Shown piece after piece: positions 1 through 10,128 of a stretch of DNA of 56,440 nucleotides (positions are counted from its first letter, which is position 1; each line of letters begins with the position of its first letter). The notes below the pieces were generated by a model. The model was not told the DNA's origin, searched no databases, and saw only the letters and a program-made list of their open reading frames with translations. Origin of the DNA: Promethearchaeia archaeon. Lineage in GTDB: Archaea > Asgardarchaeota > Lokiarchaeia > Sigyniarchaeales > SOKP01. The translations under genes were made by a program, and so were the position numbers. The stretch lies in assembly GCA_029856145.1 (NCBI GenBank), contig JAHQWK010000005.1, forward strand, positions 1-56,440, in the 5' to 3' direction.

Positions 1-2
1 AA

Positions 3-275
3 AAAGGAAATAAATTCGCGGGAACTGACCTAGATACGGGAGATGTTGTTGATGATATGTTCAAAATTGGCGTCGTCGAACCAACCGTAGTTAAAATTCA
101 AGCAATTAGAAGCTCTACCGAAGCAACCTCTATGATATTACGCATAGATGATGTAATCGCCTCAGCTCGCAGTGCGATGCCACCCGGCGGTATGCCTCCT
201 CCAGGTATGGGAGGAATGGGTGGTGGAATGCCGGGGATGGGAGGAATGGGTGGTCTTCCTCCGGGGATGATGTAA
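3..275 (+). CDS. ths: Thermosome (group II chaperonin) subunit, C-terminal part (5' partial)
   Basis: Frame is open from the window edge ([13 protein letters not shown]...). It contains [23 protein letters not shown] and a GGM-rich tail typical of chaperonins. Confidence 0.93.
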   Translation, partial: KGNKFAGTDLDTGDVVDDMFKIGVVEPTVVKIQAIRSSTEATSMILRIDDVIASARSAMPPGGMPPPGMGGMGGGMPGMGGMGGLPPGMM

Positions 276-279
276 AATC

Positions 280-330
280 AATTATTTTATTTAATTTATT
301 TTTTCTTTCTATTTTTGTTTTAGTTTTTTA
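280..330 (+). terminator. T-rich archaeal-type terminator region after the thermosome gene
   Basis: Multiple oligo-T tracts directly after the TAA stop. Confidence 0.45.
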
Positions 331-433
331 GCGATATTTTGGGTGATGTATTAATCAAGATCAAAATAGTCATTAATTCTTTATTTTACTAAATAAATTA
401 AACTTTTAATTAATTGGAAATATAGAGAATATT

Positions 434-1237
434 ATGAAATTTATTGATTTAAGTATTCCAATTATAAATCCTGAGGAAGCTGTGTTTGATCCACCTTTGA
501 CGCGACCTAACATTGAGTACACTTTACATGATGAGGGGGCTCTGCAAATGGGATTTGTCTTTCCAAGATTAAAGCCAGAAAAGCACTTACCATATGGAAA
601 AGGGTGGGCTGTTGAGTCAATTACTTTGGGCACACACAGCGGAACGCATATGGATGCTCCCTGGCATTATGCGCCAATTCAAGATAAAGAGATTGGACAA
701 AAAAAGGCAATAATGATTGATGAATTTCCATTAGAATGGGGGATAGGTCCGCTTATAGTATTAGATTGTACAGATTACGAGGAAGGATATGTCCTGACTC
801 CCGAAGATGTCGATAAGAAGTTAAATGATATTGGACATAAATTACAAGAAGGAGATATCCTTTGCGTTCATACAAATGCTCCAAAACACTATGACACGAA
901 TGATTATATAAATTATGGAGTAGGAATCGGAAAAGAAGCAACATTGCACATCATTAGGCAAGGAGTTCATGTAGTTGGGATTGATGCTTGGTCTTGGGAT
1001 GCCCCTTTTTCAATAACTGCAAAAAAGTGGAAAAAATCAGTAAGAGAAAAGAATCCTAATACATCTATAATTTGGGAAGGTCATTTTGCTGGCATTGAAT
1101 TAGGATATTTTCAAATGGAAAAATTAACAAATTTAGACAAGGTTCCTCCCGTAGGAGCGACAATTTATTGTTTTCCAATAAAGATTACTAGGGCAAGTGC
1201 GGGATGGGTTCGAGCAGTAGCTACTATTCCTGAATAA
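434..1237 (+). CDS. Cyclase family metal-dependent hydrolase (kynurenine formamidase-like)
   Basis: HSGTHMDAPWH (HxGTHxDxPxH), GIDAWSWD and MEKLTNLD motifs. Confidence 0.9.
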   Translation: MKFIDLSIPIINPEEAVFDPPLTRPNIEYTLHDEGALQMGFVFPRLKPEKHLPYGKGWAVESITLGTHSGTHMDAPWHYAPIQDKEIGQKKAIMIDEFPLEWGIGPLIVLDCTDYEEGYVLTPEDVDKKLNDIGHKLQEGDILCVHTNAPKHYDTNDYINYGVGIGKEATLHIIRQGVHVVGIDAWSWDAPFSITAKKWKKSVREKNPNTSIIWEGHFAGIELGYFQMEKLTNLDKVPPVGATIYCFPIKITRASAGWVRAVATIPE

Positions 1238-1321
1238 GTTAATATTTATGTATTATAAAATACACTTGAATTATAAAAAAAAAGGAATTTATTGAATTTT
1301 CAAACACTTTAGCTATGTATA

Positions 1322-1657
1322 TTACCCTGGCAGTTCGACCCCTAAAACGGCCATTGCTTCGGGAAGTGAGGACATGACTTCGATCTGATATTTATATCCT
1401 TCAATACTTTCAGCGAAAAATATAAGTTGCTTATTTGCAAGGGCTATATATTCTTTGAGTTTTCCTTCTTTAATTTCATCTGCACTTACAATCTTATATC
1501 CTTCTTTGGTTGCTACGACCGCATTATCTAAGAGTCTTTTAGCGAGCGATCTATCATCCGGAAACTTTTTCAGGGCTTCTAAGTATACTTTTCCTGCCTT
1601 AGAGGCTTTAGCATGGGGAAGCCATACAGTGTTCATAACTATTACCATAATTATCAC
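1322..1657 (-). CDS. Hypothetical protein (small alpha/beta protein)
   Basis: Clean 111-aa ORF. GGTGA SD-like sequence precedes the ATG of MVIVMNT, so the true start may be near 1648. Confidence 0.7.
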   Translation of the reverse strand: MIIMVIVMNTVWLPHAKASKAGKVYLEALKKFPDDRSLAKRLLDNAVVATKEGYKIVSADEIKEGKLKEYIALANKQLIFFAESIEGYKYQIEVMSSLPEAMAVLGVELPG

Positions 1658-2016
1658 CTTATCTTATTTTTAAATTTTTATTTTTATTGGAATCGCATTA
1701 TTTTCGACTTTACAGAAAAGTCAAATTAAGTATTTGATTTATCAATATAAAAACTTTTCTTACAAATGATATAAAATAGGTAGAAGCAATGGTGAAATCC
1801 TATCGTAGTTAGGTGAAAAAAGAATTACTAATTTTCCCGGGAGTTTTTACAATAGAGATTTTAAAGAACAAAACACTTTTCTTGTTGGCGGAAGCTTCCT
1901 ATCTAGATCTAGTAAAAACAGTTAAGAATATATTAGATGAAGGGTTAAAAGAGCAATAATAAATGATAAATTTCTACTATATATCAAAATACTCTGAATA
2001 AATACACTTTTGAAAA

Positions 2017-2478
2017 ATGGCAGTTTTAGAAGTTGGAATTAATCTTGGTATGAAAAATTTAGTTGAGAACAAGTATTATTCATCTTCAGATAACATTTTA
2101 GATCCTAATATCCGCGCTAAATTTTTGAGTGGATTAAAAAGTTGTTTTACTGAGGTATTTGGAGATAAGATTAATGTAATATCTCTTTCGAACTTTGAGA
2201 TTGTATGCTACTTTAAAATGATTGAATTACCAAGTAAAGAAGATAATGACACTCAACCATTATTATCATTTGCTATTATTGAAAAGGGAACAAATCACAA
2301 TTTTGTGAAGCAACATTTAAAGGAGATAATTTCTCAGTTTCTCAATAGATTTCCCGTTAATGACATTTTTTCTAAAGAGGCTAAATATTTTGAAGGTTTT
2401 GAGTCCCGAATTGATGAAATTCTTGGAGATTTAAGATTAAAAATTGAGGATCGTATAAAGTCTGTATTCAGAGATTAG
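2017..2478 (+). CDS. Longin-like domain protein
   Basis: Beta-hairpin, then helix DPNIRAKFLSGLKSCFTEVFG, three strands and C-terminal helices. Paralogous to 22174..22635. Confidence 0.65.
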   Translation: MAVLEVGINLGMKNLVENKYYSSSDNILDPNIRAKFLSGLKSCFTEVFGDKINVISLSNFEIVCYFKMIELPSKEDNDTQPLLSFAIIEKGTNHNFVKQHLKEIISQFLNRFPVNDIFSKEAKYFEGFESRIDEILGDLRLKIEDRIKSVFRD

Positions 2479-2506
2479 AGTAAATTAAAAAAAATAAAAA
2501 AAAATT

Positions 2507-4723
2507 TTATTCTTCTTTAAAAATATCATCTACTAGTTTATCATTAACCTCGTTTTTAAAAGGAGAAAGTGATCCAGTCCAGTTTTTTAATACATCTAAG
2601 TATTGGGTCTCAAATTTTTTAACAAATTCCTTTAAAGGAGTTCTAACTTCAGTCGTTTGATTTCCTTTAATAAATAAGGCTCCAAATATGCGATTTCCAT
2701 ATTCTAGAAGGATAGTAATATCTCCATGGTCAATTTTCTTTAAAACTTCGGTGGATTTTGTCATCTCTTTAATAAAAGAGGTAATAGCAGAGAACATTCC
2801 AGAGATTAGTCCGGGATCTTGCTCGACATCTTTTTGGAAAGTATAATTATAAACTCCTCGCCCATCATCATAAATAATGTAAAGTCCTTGTTTTTCTACA
2901 GGTTCAAAAAGATAGCTCAATTCTGGCATTAATATATTAATTAGATTGTTTTTATAAAGATATCTCAAAGTAAAATAGAATCTTTTCCTTTCAATTTCAT
3001 CTACAGGCTTCACTTCTTCGAGTAATTTATCAGATTCAAGTAATTTCATGATGACTTTTATTTCTTCTCGTTCTTGCTCAATATATTCTAATTCAACACC
3101 CTCTCTTCTAGAAATTAAATAACCATCTTTATTTTCAGCGTAATCATCATAAATGGGAAAATCATTAATGGTGGAATAGATAATTTTCTTTACTTGGTCT
3201 TGTTCTATTGGAATGTTTTTAATTCTAAATTCTTTTTTCAAATAGAAGATCATTAAGCTCCACAGTATAATATTAAAGATGTAACGCGTATGTACATACG
3301 GTGCCGCTAAAATACTTAAAAAATCTGGTAGATATGCTTCTAAACTTGCTGTCCTTAGTGTATAGAAATTTAAACCGAAGACTCTGGTGAAACTTGTTTT
3401 TCCAGTTAACCAATAAAGATCCCCACTCGTAAAAACTAAAAGAATTGAAAGAGTAATGATTACAGGGAGATAAATTGATATACCTAATCCTTTACTTTTT
3501 AAGAATTTTAGACCATAAGCTAGAATTAAAATCAGAATTATAGCAGGTATTATTTCCGTTATTAAAATTCCATAAATAATTAATAGATCAAATTGTAGAA
3601 TAAGATACAAATCTGGATTACTAAGTGTGTATTCTCCAGCTGCGTATATTGCTAATTCTTCTGGTGAACCGGGTACACCAAATAGAGGAGTATATACAAA
3701 ATTAGTTAATACTAAATTCAAAATAAAGTAGCTTACTAAAGCTAAAGCCCCAAAGATTAACATATAGTAGAAATTTTGGGTATTTACTTTCCGTGTCTTT
3801 CTATTTTTCCACCAATCAATTAATTTAACGAAAACTAGTATGGATATTGGCTCAAAGATATCAAGGAATAGAATAAATATCACAGATGCCATTATAAAAT
3901 ACGCAAAGAAGTAAATAATTATAGCAATTGATCCTTTATATAGTAAAGCGAACAGTATAATCGAAAAGATTGACATTGGTGTTCCTATCGTATACAGGCT
4001 TTTATAAGTTTGTTCTCTTATTTTTTCACCAAAAAATCTCCCTTTTAAAGCAACTTGACTTGAAAAAAGTATTTCAATACTAAAAATAAAGATTGCTAAA
4101 TACACAAATAGTATTTCTAAAAACCACCCTAAAGAGGTTCCCCCTGTAGTTAATGATTCCTCTGATAAACCAGAAATTTGGAGTATAACTTGCATTAGAT
4201 AGAGAGATATTGGTAGTAAAACAATCATTAATTTCAGAATTTGTTTCTCGCGAGACCAATTATTTCTAATCAATGCTTTTTTAGTTCGCTCTAAAGGACT
4301 TTCTTTTATTTCGTAACTTATTTGTTCTAAATTCGATTTTAATGAACCCTCTTCTTTTCTTAACTTGTTCCATAAAAATATTATTGAAATAAAAGGAGCA
4401 ACTAAAAATATAAATGGCAGAGTAATTATCGGGTATGAGAAAAACTGCGCTATTAATGATCCTAAATGTGTAAAGATATAAGCGACCCCATAGGCTATAT
4501 TACCTTCTTCTGCGGGAGGTACCCCTAACTCATCAGGAGTTTCTCCAACTTGAAATATCATTGGGAGAATCCAATAGATAATATAAAATACAGTAATACC
4601 AAGAAATATTCTTAAATATAGTTTACCAATAGTTTTTTTCCATATGAAAAATAAGGGAATAGCTAGAATTATTATGGGTAGTGCGTTAAATATTATCATA
4701 AAAACAATTTCAATAGGCTCCAT
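2507..4723 (-). CDS. Polytopic membrane protein with C-terminal longin-like domain
   Basis: About a dozen or more hydrophobic segments in residues 1-495. C-terminal GLYIIYDDGR...DPGLISGMFSAITSFIKEM...LKKIDHGDITILLEYG...LKEFVKKFE is the Asgard longin pattern. Confidence 0.8.
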   Translation of the reverse strand: MEPIEIVFMIIFNALPIIILAIPLFFIWKKTIGKLYLRIFLGITVFYIIYWILPMIFQVGETPDELGVPPAEEGNIAYGVAYIFTHLGSLIAQFFSYPIITLPFIFLVAPFISIIFLWNKLRKEEGSLKSNLEQISYEIKESPLERTKKALIRNNWSREKQILKLMIVLLPISLYLMQVILQISGLSEESLTTGGTSLGWFLEILFVYLAIFIFSIEILFSSQVALKGRFFGEKIREQTYKSLYTIGTPMSIFSIILFALLYKGSIAIIIYFFAYFIMASVIFILFLDIFEPISILVFVKLIDWWKNRKTRKVNTQNFYYMLIFGALALVSYFILNLVLTNFVYTPLFGVPGSPEELAIYAAGEYTLSNPDLYLILQFDLLIIYGILITEIIPAIILILILAYGLKFLKSKGLGISIYLPVIITLSILLVFTSGDLYWLTGKTSFTRVFGLNFYTLRTASLEAYLPDFLSILAAPYVHTRYIFNIILWSLMIFYLKKEFRIKNIPIEQDQVKKIIYSTINDFPIYDDYAENKDGYLISRREGVELEYIEQEREEIKVIMKLLESDKLLEEVKPVDEIERKRFYFTLRYLYKNNLINILMPELSYLFEPVEKQGLYIIYDDGRGVYNYTFQKDVEQDPGLISGMFSAITSFIKEMTKSTEVLKKIDHGDITILLEYGNRIFGALFIKGNQTTEVRTPLKEFVKKFETQYLDVLKNWTGSLSPFKNEVNDKLVDDIFKEE

Positions 4724-4809
4724 AGTAAGTACACCATTTTTATATTATAAAAATTCAAATTTATTTAAAATAAATGTATGTAATTGTTATTATAATAATT
4801 TAGGTATTT

Positions 4810-5928
4810 TTGATTATTTTTAATTTTGCCATGACTTCTAATAATAAAGTTGGAATTATTCTCGATGATGATTTTTCTTCAAAAAACGTACCCCCTTATC
4901 CGTATCCTATGTTTCTTTCATATGAAACTCCTTTAAGGATTAAAGCTGTTATAGGCTACTTAGAGAAGAACCGGATTTTTGACGATGAGAGAATTATTAA
5001 ATTAAAGCCATTACCTATAGAAGAGGAGATTATTTACTTAGCACATACAAAATATCATGTTGATTCAATTAAGGCACTCTCGAGTAGAGGAAATGGATTA
5101 TTAGGTGAAGAAGTTTATGTTACTGAAGATACTTTCGAATTAGCTAAAAAAGCAATAGGTGGTGCTGTTAGTGCAGTCACAAGCGTAATTAATCAAAAAG
5201 TTAATCAATCTATAGCACTTATTAGACCACCAGGTCATCATGCTTTACGAGAAACAGCTTCTGGTCTTTGTATTTTTAATAATATCGCTAATTCTATTTT
5301 ATATTTACGTGAAAAATTACAGTATAATAAAAAAATTGCAATTATTGATATAGATGCTCATTTTGGGGATGGTCTTGTCCAATATTTTTATGATGATCCA
5401 ACTATATTGTATTTCTCTATTCATGAATTTGATTTTGTTGAAGGAGAAATTGGGTTTATCGATGAATTAGGTGCGGGAGATGGTCTAGGAAAAAGTATTA
5501 ATTTTCCAATACCATTGAACTCAACTGATGATGATTACTTAGAATTTTTTGATATACTTGAACCTATTCTAAGAGAATTTATGCCAGATCTGATTATAGT
5601 AGCTGCAGGTTTTGATATGTATTTTGCTGATCCTATAGGAAATTGCTTGCTAACAACCATTTCATATTATAAATTCACAGAGAAATTACTAAAAATTGCT
5701 GAGGGAATATGTGAAGGTAAATTAACCTTTATCCTTGAAGGGGGATATAGCTTATTGGGGTTACCTGTTTGTATTCATTCTGTTATTCAATCACTACTAA
5801 AAGAGAAGTATAAACGCCCTTCTTTTGAATATCTAGATTTCTCACATAATTCTAAAAAGAATGAGATATTAAAGATTAAATCGACTTTGAAAAACCTTTT
5901 AGCTAATTTTTGGACGTCGATACAATAA
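4810..5928 (+). CDS. Histone deacetylase-family (Zn-dependent) deacylase
   Basis: RPPGHHA, GLCIFNN, DIDAHFGDG, AAGFD and LEGGY; all catalytic/metal residues are present. Confidence 0.93.
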   Translation: MIIFNFAMTSNNKVGIILDDDFSSKNVPPYPYPMFLSYETPLRIKAVIGYLEKNRIFDDERIIKLKPLPIEEEIIYLAHTKYHVDSIKALSSRGNGLLGEEVYVTEDTFELAKKAIGGAVSAVTSVINQKVNQSIALIRPPGHHALRETASGLCIFNNIANSILYLREKLQYNKKIAIIDIDAHFGDGLVQYFYDDPTILYFSIHEFDFVEGEIGFIDELGAGDGLGKSINFPIPLNSTDDDYLEFFDILEPILREFMPDLIIVAAGFDMYFADPIGNCLLTTISYYKFTEKLLKIAEGICEGKLTFILEGGYSLLGLPVCIHSVIQSLLKEKYKRPSFEYLDFSHNSKKNEILKIKSTLKNLLANFWTSIQ

Positions 5929-5942
5929 AAAAATGGAAAAAG

Positions 5943-6356
5943 TTAAACAAAATCAGTTAACCTTTTAGCGTACTCTTGAGCTGCGAAAAGACAGTCACGA
6001 GGACCAACTTGTGGATTAATATAGCAGATTAATGCCCCAGTACCTCCAATAGGAACAGGACAAATAATAATATGCCCTTTATGCATGATATTCGTTCCAA
6101 TTATTCTTTCTTCTGTATTTTCTACAATCATATACTTAATTCCTTGAATAACAATATTACTGATTCCTTTTTGGCCTAACTCTAATTTTTGGTTAAGTAA
6201 TTCGTTAATTGAATCAAGATCACTTGTGATATTCCAATTTTCTGTTTGAGTTACTAACTTACCATCTTTATTTATAATAGCAACTCCAAAAATATTAGTT
6301 TCCTGATTGAACAACTCATCAATTATAGTTTCAATTTCTTCAGACATTATAACCAA
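5943..6356 (-). CDS. Asgard (Loki-type) profilin
   Basis: AIINKDGK.VTQTENWNI, IQGIKYMIVENTEER.IGTNI..KGH..ICP.PIGG.GALI.YINP..GPRD closely matches my recollection of characterised Lokiarchaeal profilins. Probable start is MSEE at 6347. Confidence 0.9.
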   Translation of the reverse strand: MVIMSEEIETIIDELFNQETNIFGVAIINKDGKLVTQTENWNITSDLDSINELLNQKLELGQKGISNIVIQGIKYMIVENTEERIIGTNIMHKGHIIICPVPIGGTGALICYINPQVGPRDCLFAAQEYAKRLTDFV

Positions 6357-6452
6357 ATATTTATTATTAAATTGTTATAATAAAATAAATAAAATCAATT
6401 ATAAATTTAAATATAATTTAAAAAAATATTGAAAAAATTACGGTGAAATTAA

Positions 6453-6998
6453 TTGGCATTTAGAATGTGGAGAAAGGCTATTCTTCTTTCTTTGCGTGAA
6501 AAAAAAGTGTTTACAGTTTTTACTCTGATTTATACAACTTTAATATTTCTGACATCTTTTTTCATAGGTTTAGGGTTTAGAGGAGAATTTGGAGAATTGG
6601 CATGGTATTTTGTTTTAATCTTTTTTGGAACATCTCTACTCCTCTCATTGCTATATGCATGGATTTTAGTCTCAAGGAAAAGACGTGTTTGGGCAACGTT
6701 TAAATGTATAGGGTATACCAATAAAAACATATTAGTTTTAGTGTCTGGCATGATCTTTTTTACAACATTAGTAGGTTTTTTCATAGTAATTGAAGTATTA
6801 TTTCATTATGCTGCCATTGTTGCTTACTTAAATCAGTTGCCAGATTTTGATTTTACTTTTGAAATATTAGTTGATTTACTTCCTGTGGTTGTTACAAGCG
6901 GGATTTTTATTTTTGTCCAAATATTGGCTTTTGTTTTAGCATACAGAAAGGTACTCAAAGTACGGCCAATAATAGCACTGAAAAAAGTAGGTGAATAA
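6453..6998 (+). CDS. FtsX/MacB-like ABC permease (compact, about 4 TM)
   Basis: RKRRVWATFKCIGYTNKNI (R..EIA.LKA.G-type coupling motif) and C-terminal V.PI.ALK; adjacent to a LolD-type ATPase. Confidence 0.75.
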   Translation: MAFRMWRKAILLSLREKKVFTVFTLIYTTLIFLTSFFIGLGFRGEFGELAWYFVLIFFGTSLLLSLLYAWILVSRKRRVWATFKCIGYTNKNILVLVSGMIFFTTLVGFFIVIEVLFHYAAIVAYLNQLPDFDFTFEILVDLLPVVVTSGIFIFVQILAFVLAYRKVLKVRPIIALKKVGE

Positions 6999-7013
6999 GG
7001 AGGTAAGAGAAAA

Positions 7014-7703
7014 ATGTCATCTGATAAAGATATTATGATTGAAGCTGTAGATGTGAATAAAGAATATAGAAGAGCAGGCGCTATTATTAGAGCATTAGCA
7101 GATGTGAATTTAAGAATTAAATCTGGAGAATTTATTATCATTCAAGGTCCAACTGGGTGTGGTAAATCTACACTTCTCAATGTTCTATCGGGGCTAGATC
7201 TCCCAGACTCTGGTAGAATCATATTTGATGGAGAAAATATTGCAAGGGCAACTGAGGATAGATTAAGTAGGCTTAGAAGACAGAAAATTGGTTTTGTATT
7301 TCAAGATTTCAATCTTGTTAATACATTAACTGGAATCGAAAATGTAGAGGCTGTTTTATGGCCGACGGTGTTACGGCAGAAAGAAATCGAGAATCGAGCA
7401 ATTGCTGCATTAAGAGATGTTGACTTGCTTGATCGTAAAGATCATTACCCAGTTCAAATGTCTGGAGGAGAAAAACAGAGATGTGGTATTGCACGAGCAA
7501 TAATTCATAGGCCAAGAGTTATTTTAGCTGATGAACCTACAGGTAACCTTGATCCTGAATCAGAAGAGCAGGTATTGGGATTGTTAAAAAAAATCAATAA
7601 CGAAATGGAGACTACCATTTTAGTGGTGACACATAGAAATTTATCGAAGTATGGAGATAAAACAATACGCATGGATAAAGGACGTATTACTAAAATACAA
7701 TAA
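7014..7703 (+). CDS. ABC transporter ATP-binding protein (LolD/MacB/FtsE family)
   Basis: GPTGCGKST, IGFVFQDFNL, MSGGEKQR, ILADEPTGNLD, VTH; GGAGG SD upstream. Confidence 0.95.
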   Translation: MSSDKDIMIEAVDVNKEYRRAGAIIRALADVNLRIKSGEFIIIQGPTGCGKSTLLNVLSGLDLPDSGRIIFDGENIARATEDRLSRLRRQKIGFVFQDFNLVNTLTGIENVEAVLWPTVLRQKEIENRAIAALRDVDLLDRKDHYPVQMSGGEKQRCGIARAIIHRPRVILADEPTGNLDPESEEQVLGLLKKINNEMETTILVVTHRNLSKYGDKTIRMDKGRITKIQ

Positions 7704-7911
7704 AAAAGGCTTTAATTTTAAATAATATATTTATTTACTTCTTTTTTACAAGCTTCTTTAACATGTAATTCTTTGAACAAGGAGCCTCAATACTGGCAAT
7801 ATTCGCAAAATTGTTTATTGAAATTCAAAACAAAAGTATAAATATATAATGCTTTTTTGAATGTAATAAGGAAATTAAAATCAATTAATCAATTATGGTA
7901 AGGGGATAAAC

Positions 7912-8682
7912 ATGGGATGGGGACGTGTAATAAAATCTGGAATTGTGGGTATGTTAATCTTTGGTCCTATGGCATATATAGCATTTAGGTTTCTTAATCT
8001 TACAGAGGGTGTTACAGGAGGGCTCATTGGGAATATTGATGATGCTATAAGCTCACTGACAGCATTACTTGGATTTGGTGGAGTTTTCTTAGAATTTCTT
8101 GCTGGAGCTCTAATTGGAGTTGTTCTTATACTTATATTTCCTATACATTGGTGTATTATGTATAGACCTGACGATGTTATGTTAATCATAGCTATTACAA
8201 TCCCATGGATTTTAACATGTGTTATCGCTAGCGCTCTATTTGCTCGCTCTCCACGTGAAGCAATACACACTAGTCTTTCCATAGGAATAGGTTATGCTAT
8301 AATTTCAGTTGTACTTTACATTATATTAGCAGTTGCAATACCTTTTGGTCTTGGAATAGTAATATTAGATGGCCTATTAATAGGACTTACAGATTTACCG
8401 TATCTATTTGCTGCACTTACTGCTATTTTGGAAGGGTGTTTAGTTGGTACTGTTTTTGGAGCCTTTATTGGAAGTTTGAGGTATAAACCTGAAGGTGCTA
8501 AAGTAAAGAAAAAGAAAGTAAAGGTAAAGGAAGAAGCCACAGAAACAACTGAAATGTTCCCAAGTGAAACTGTAGAAAAGGAAACTGTAAGTACGCCTAC
8601 ATCTGGATCTTGCACGAATTGTGGAGCTAAGCTTACTGCAGACGATTTATTTTGCACGAATTGTGGAGCGAAAAAAGTATAA
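7912..8682 (+). CDS. Membrane protein with C-terminal zinc ribbon
   Basis: About 5-6 TM segments, a charged linker, then CTNCGAK...CTNCGAK. Confidence 0.8.
   Translation: MGWGRVIKSGIVGMLIFGPMAYIAFRFLNLTEGVTGGLIGNIDDAISSLTALLGFGGVFLEFLAGALIGVVLILIFPIHWCIMYRPDDVMLIIAITIPWILTCVIASALFARSPREAIHTSLSIGIGYAIISVVLYIILAVAIPFGLGIVILDGLLIGLTDLPYLFAALTAILEGCLVGTVFGAFIGSLRYKPEGAKVKKKKVKVKEEATETTEMFPSETVEKETVSTPTSGSCTNCGAKLTADDLFCTNCGAKKV
8610..8669 (+). repeat. 18-bp exact direct repeat (TTGCACGAATTGTGGAGC) encoding both zinc knuckles
   Basis: Copies at 8610-8627 and 8652-8669. Confidence 0.85.
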
Positions 8683-8824
8683 CTAAATAACAATAAATTT
8701 CAATTTTTATCTATTTTCAATTTAATTTTTATGAATCTGCTTTCAATTTCGATGGAAAATATATTAATTATTAAATCATAGTATTCTATATTAATATTAA
8801 AATGTCAGTTAATTAATGTAAATT

Positions 8825-9829
8825 ATGTCTAAAGAGATAAAAGGAATTATTGTTAGTCGTTTAATCGTTTTGGTCTCGATTATATTAGTTCCAATAGCAA
8901 TATTTTTTATCTATAACTTTGTTAGTTTTAATTTATGGTATTCAAACGATCCAGTATTAACAATCATCGTAGTTAAAATTATATGCCCTTTTATTTTTAG
9001 TATTTCATGGTTATTCTTTTTGATTCTTTTCATTCATCGCTTTGCTAATACTCTTGACGATGTTGATAAAACAATTAGTGTCGTTCCATCCAGGTTAAAA
9101 TTTTTTTATGGGATAAATGCTGTTTACCTTATGGCAATCTTTATTTTTCCCGCAATTACTCCAGTTATTTCTATTCTTAGCTTTGCTTCTATGGCATGGC
9201 GATTAACAACCTTTAGGAAAAAAGTGTGGGAGGAAGATACAAAAACCTCGACTTTTACATGGATTATGATGGGCCTAGCATCAATAATTCCCATTTTCTG
9301 CTCTGTAAGTGTGATACCCGAATTTTTTGTATTAGCAGATTTCTTATGGAATGATATATGGGTTCCTTTACTTCCTTATCTTTTTAAAATTTCATATTCG
9401 TTATTTACTGCTTTAGCGATTGGAGCTTTTATACTTTTATTTTATAATTCGGGTATAAGTGAATATGAACAATTCTGGGTTAAAACTTCAAAAAAGCAAA
9501 GGGTTTGGAATATTAAAATACTTGAAATAATACTTTTTGCTTTTTTTTTGTATTTAGATTTACTAGAGTTTGATGTAATTAATCTGTTCTATATAATGGG
9601 TTTTATTTTCATTATTATCACTTCAATTGTTAATTTTATTCAAGGTAAATCTAAAGTAAAAGGTTTTAAAAGTCATTTATTCGGATATCTCATTGCAACT
9701 GTGTTTATAGGGTCAAATGTACTCTTTACAACTGAAGATTTTTCAGAAATTTTACGAGTGTGGAGCTTGGTAATTTCAGCAATATTATACATTATCGTGT
9801 TTTTTTATACTTTCTTACAAGCTGAATAA
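8825..9829 (+). CDS. Hypothetical polytopic membrane protein
   Basis: 334-aa ORF with about 9-10 hydrophobic segments. Confidence 0.8.
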   Translation: MSKEIKGIIVSRLIVLVSIILVPIAIFFIYNFVSFNLWYSNDPVLTIIVVKIICPFIFSISWLFFLILFIHRFANTLDDVDKTISVVPSRLKFFYGINAVYLMAIFIFPAITPVISILSFASMAWRLTTFRKKVWEEDTKTSTFTWIMMGLASIIPIFCSVSVIPEFFVLADFLWNDIWVPLLPYLFKISYSLFTALAIGAFILLFYNSGISEYEQFWVKTSKKQRVWNIKILEIILFAFFLYLDLLEFDVINLFYIMGFIFIIITSIVNFIQGKSKVKGFKSHLFGYLIATVFIGSNVLFTTEDFSEILRVWSLVISAILYIIVFFYTFLQAE

Positions 9830-10128
9830 AAATAATTTGCACATTATAAATTTAATCATGGATCAACTATTTTAATTAAATTTTAAGCCCTTTTTCTTAA
9901 AAATAGAAGAGAAATCTTCAAAATATTGTGATAAATAAAATTATTAGAAAAGAATAATAATAAATTCAAAGATATAATCATTTATATAATTTTTATCAAT
10001 TTAACTTAATGAATCTTGGAATCCTATTGAACTTTTTAAAGATTCTATTATATTAGAATAAAAACTATTAAAAATTCATATTTTGATTATATCCTTAATA
10101 TAAAACTTAAATTTATAATTAAAAAAAT

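Noticed and set aside
175-272. GC-rich repetitive GGAGGAATGGGTGGT stretch
   Set aside because: It is the ordinary GGM tail of a chaperonin.
4810-5928. HDAC as evidence of a eukaryote-like chromatin or actin-acetylation system
   Set aside because: HDAC-family deacylases are widespread in prokaryotes, and convergent adjacency to profilin is not evidence of a functional link.
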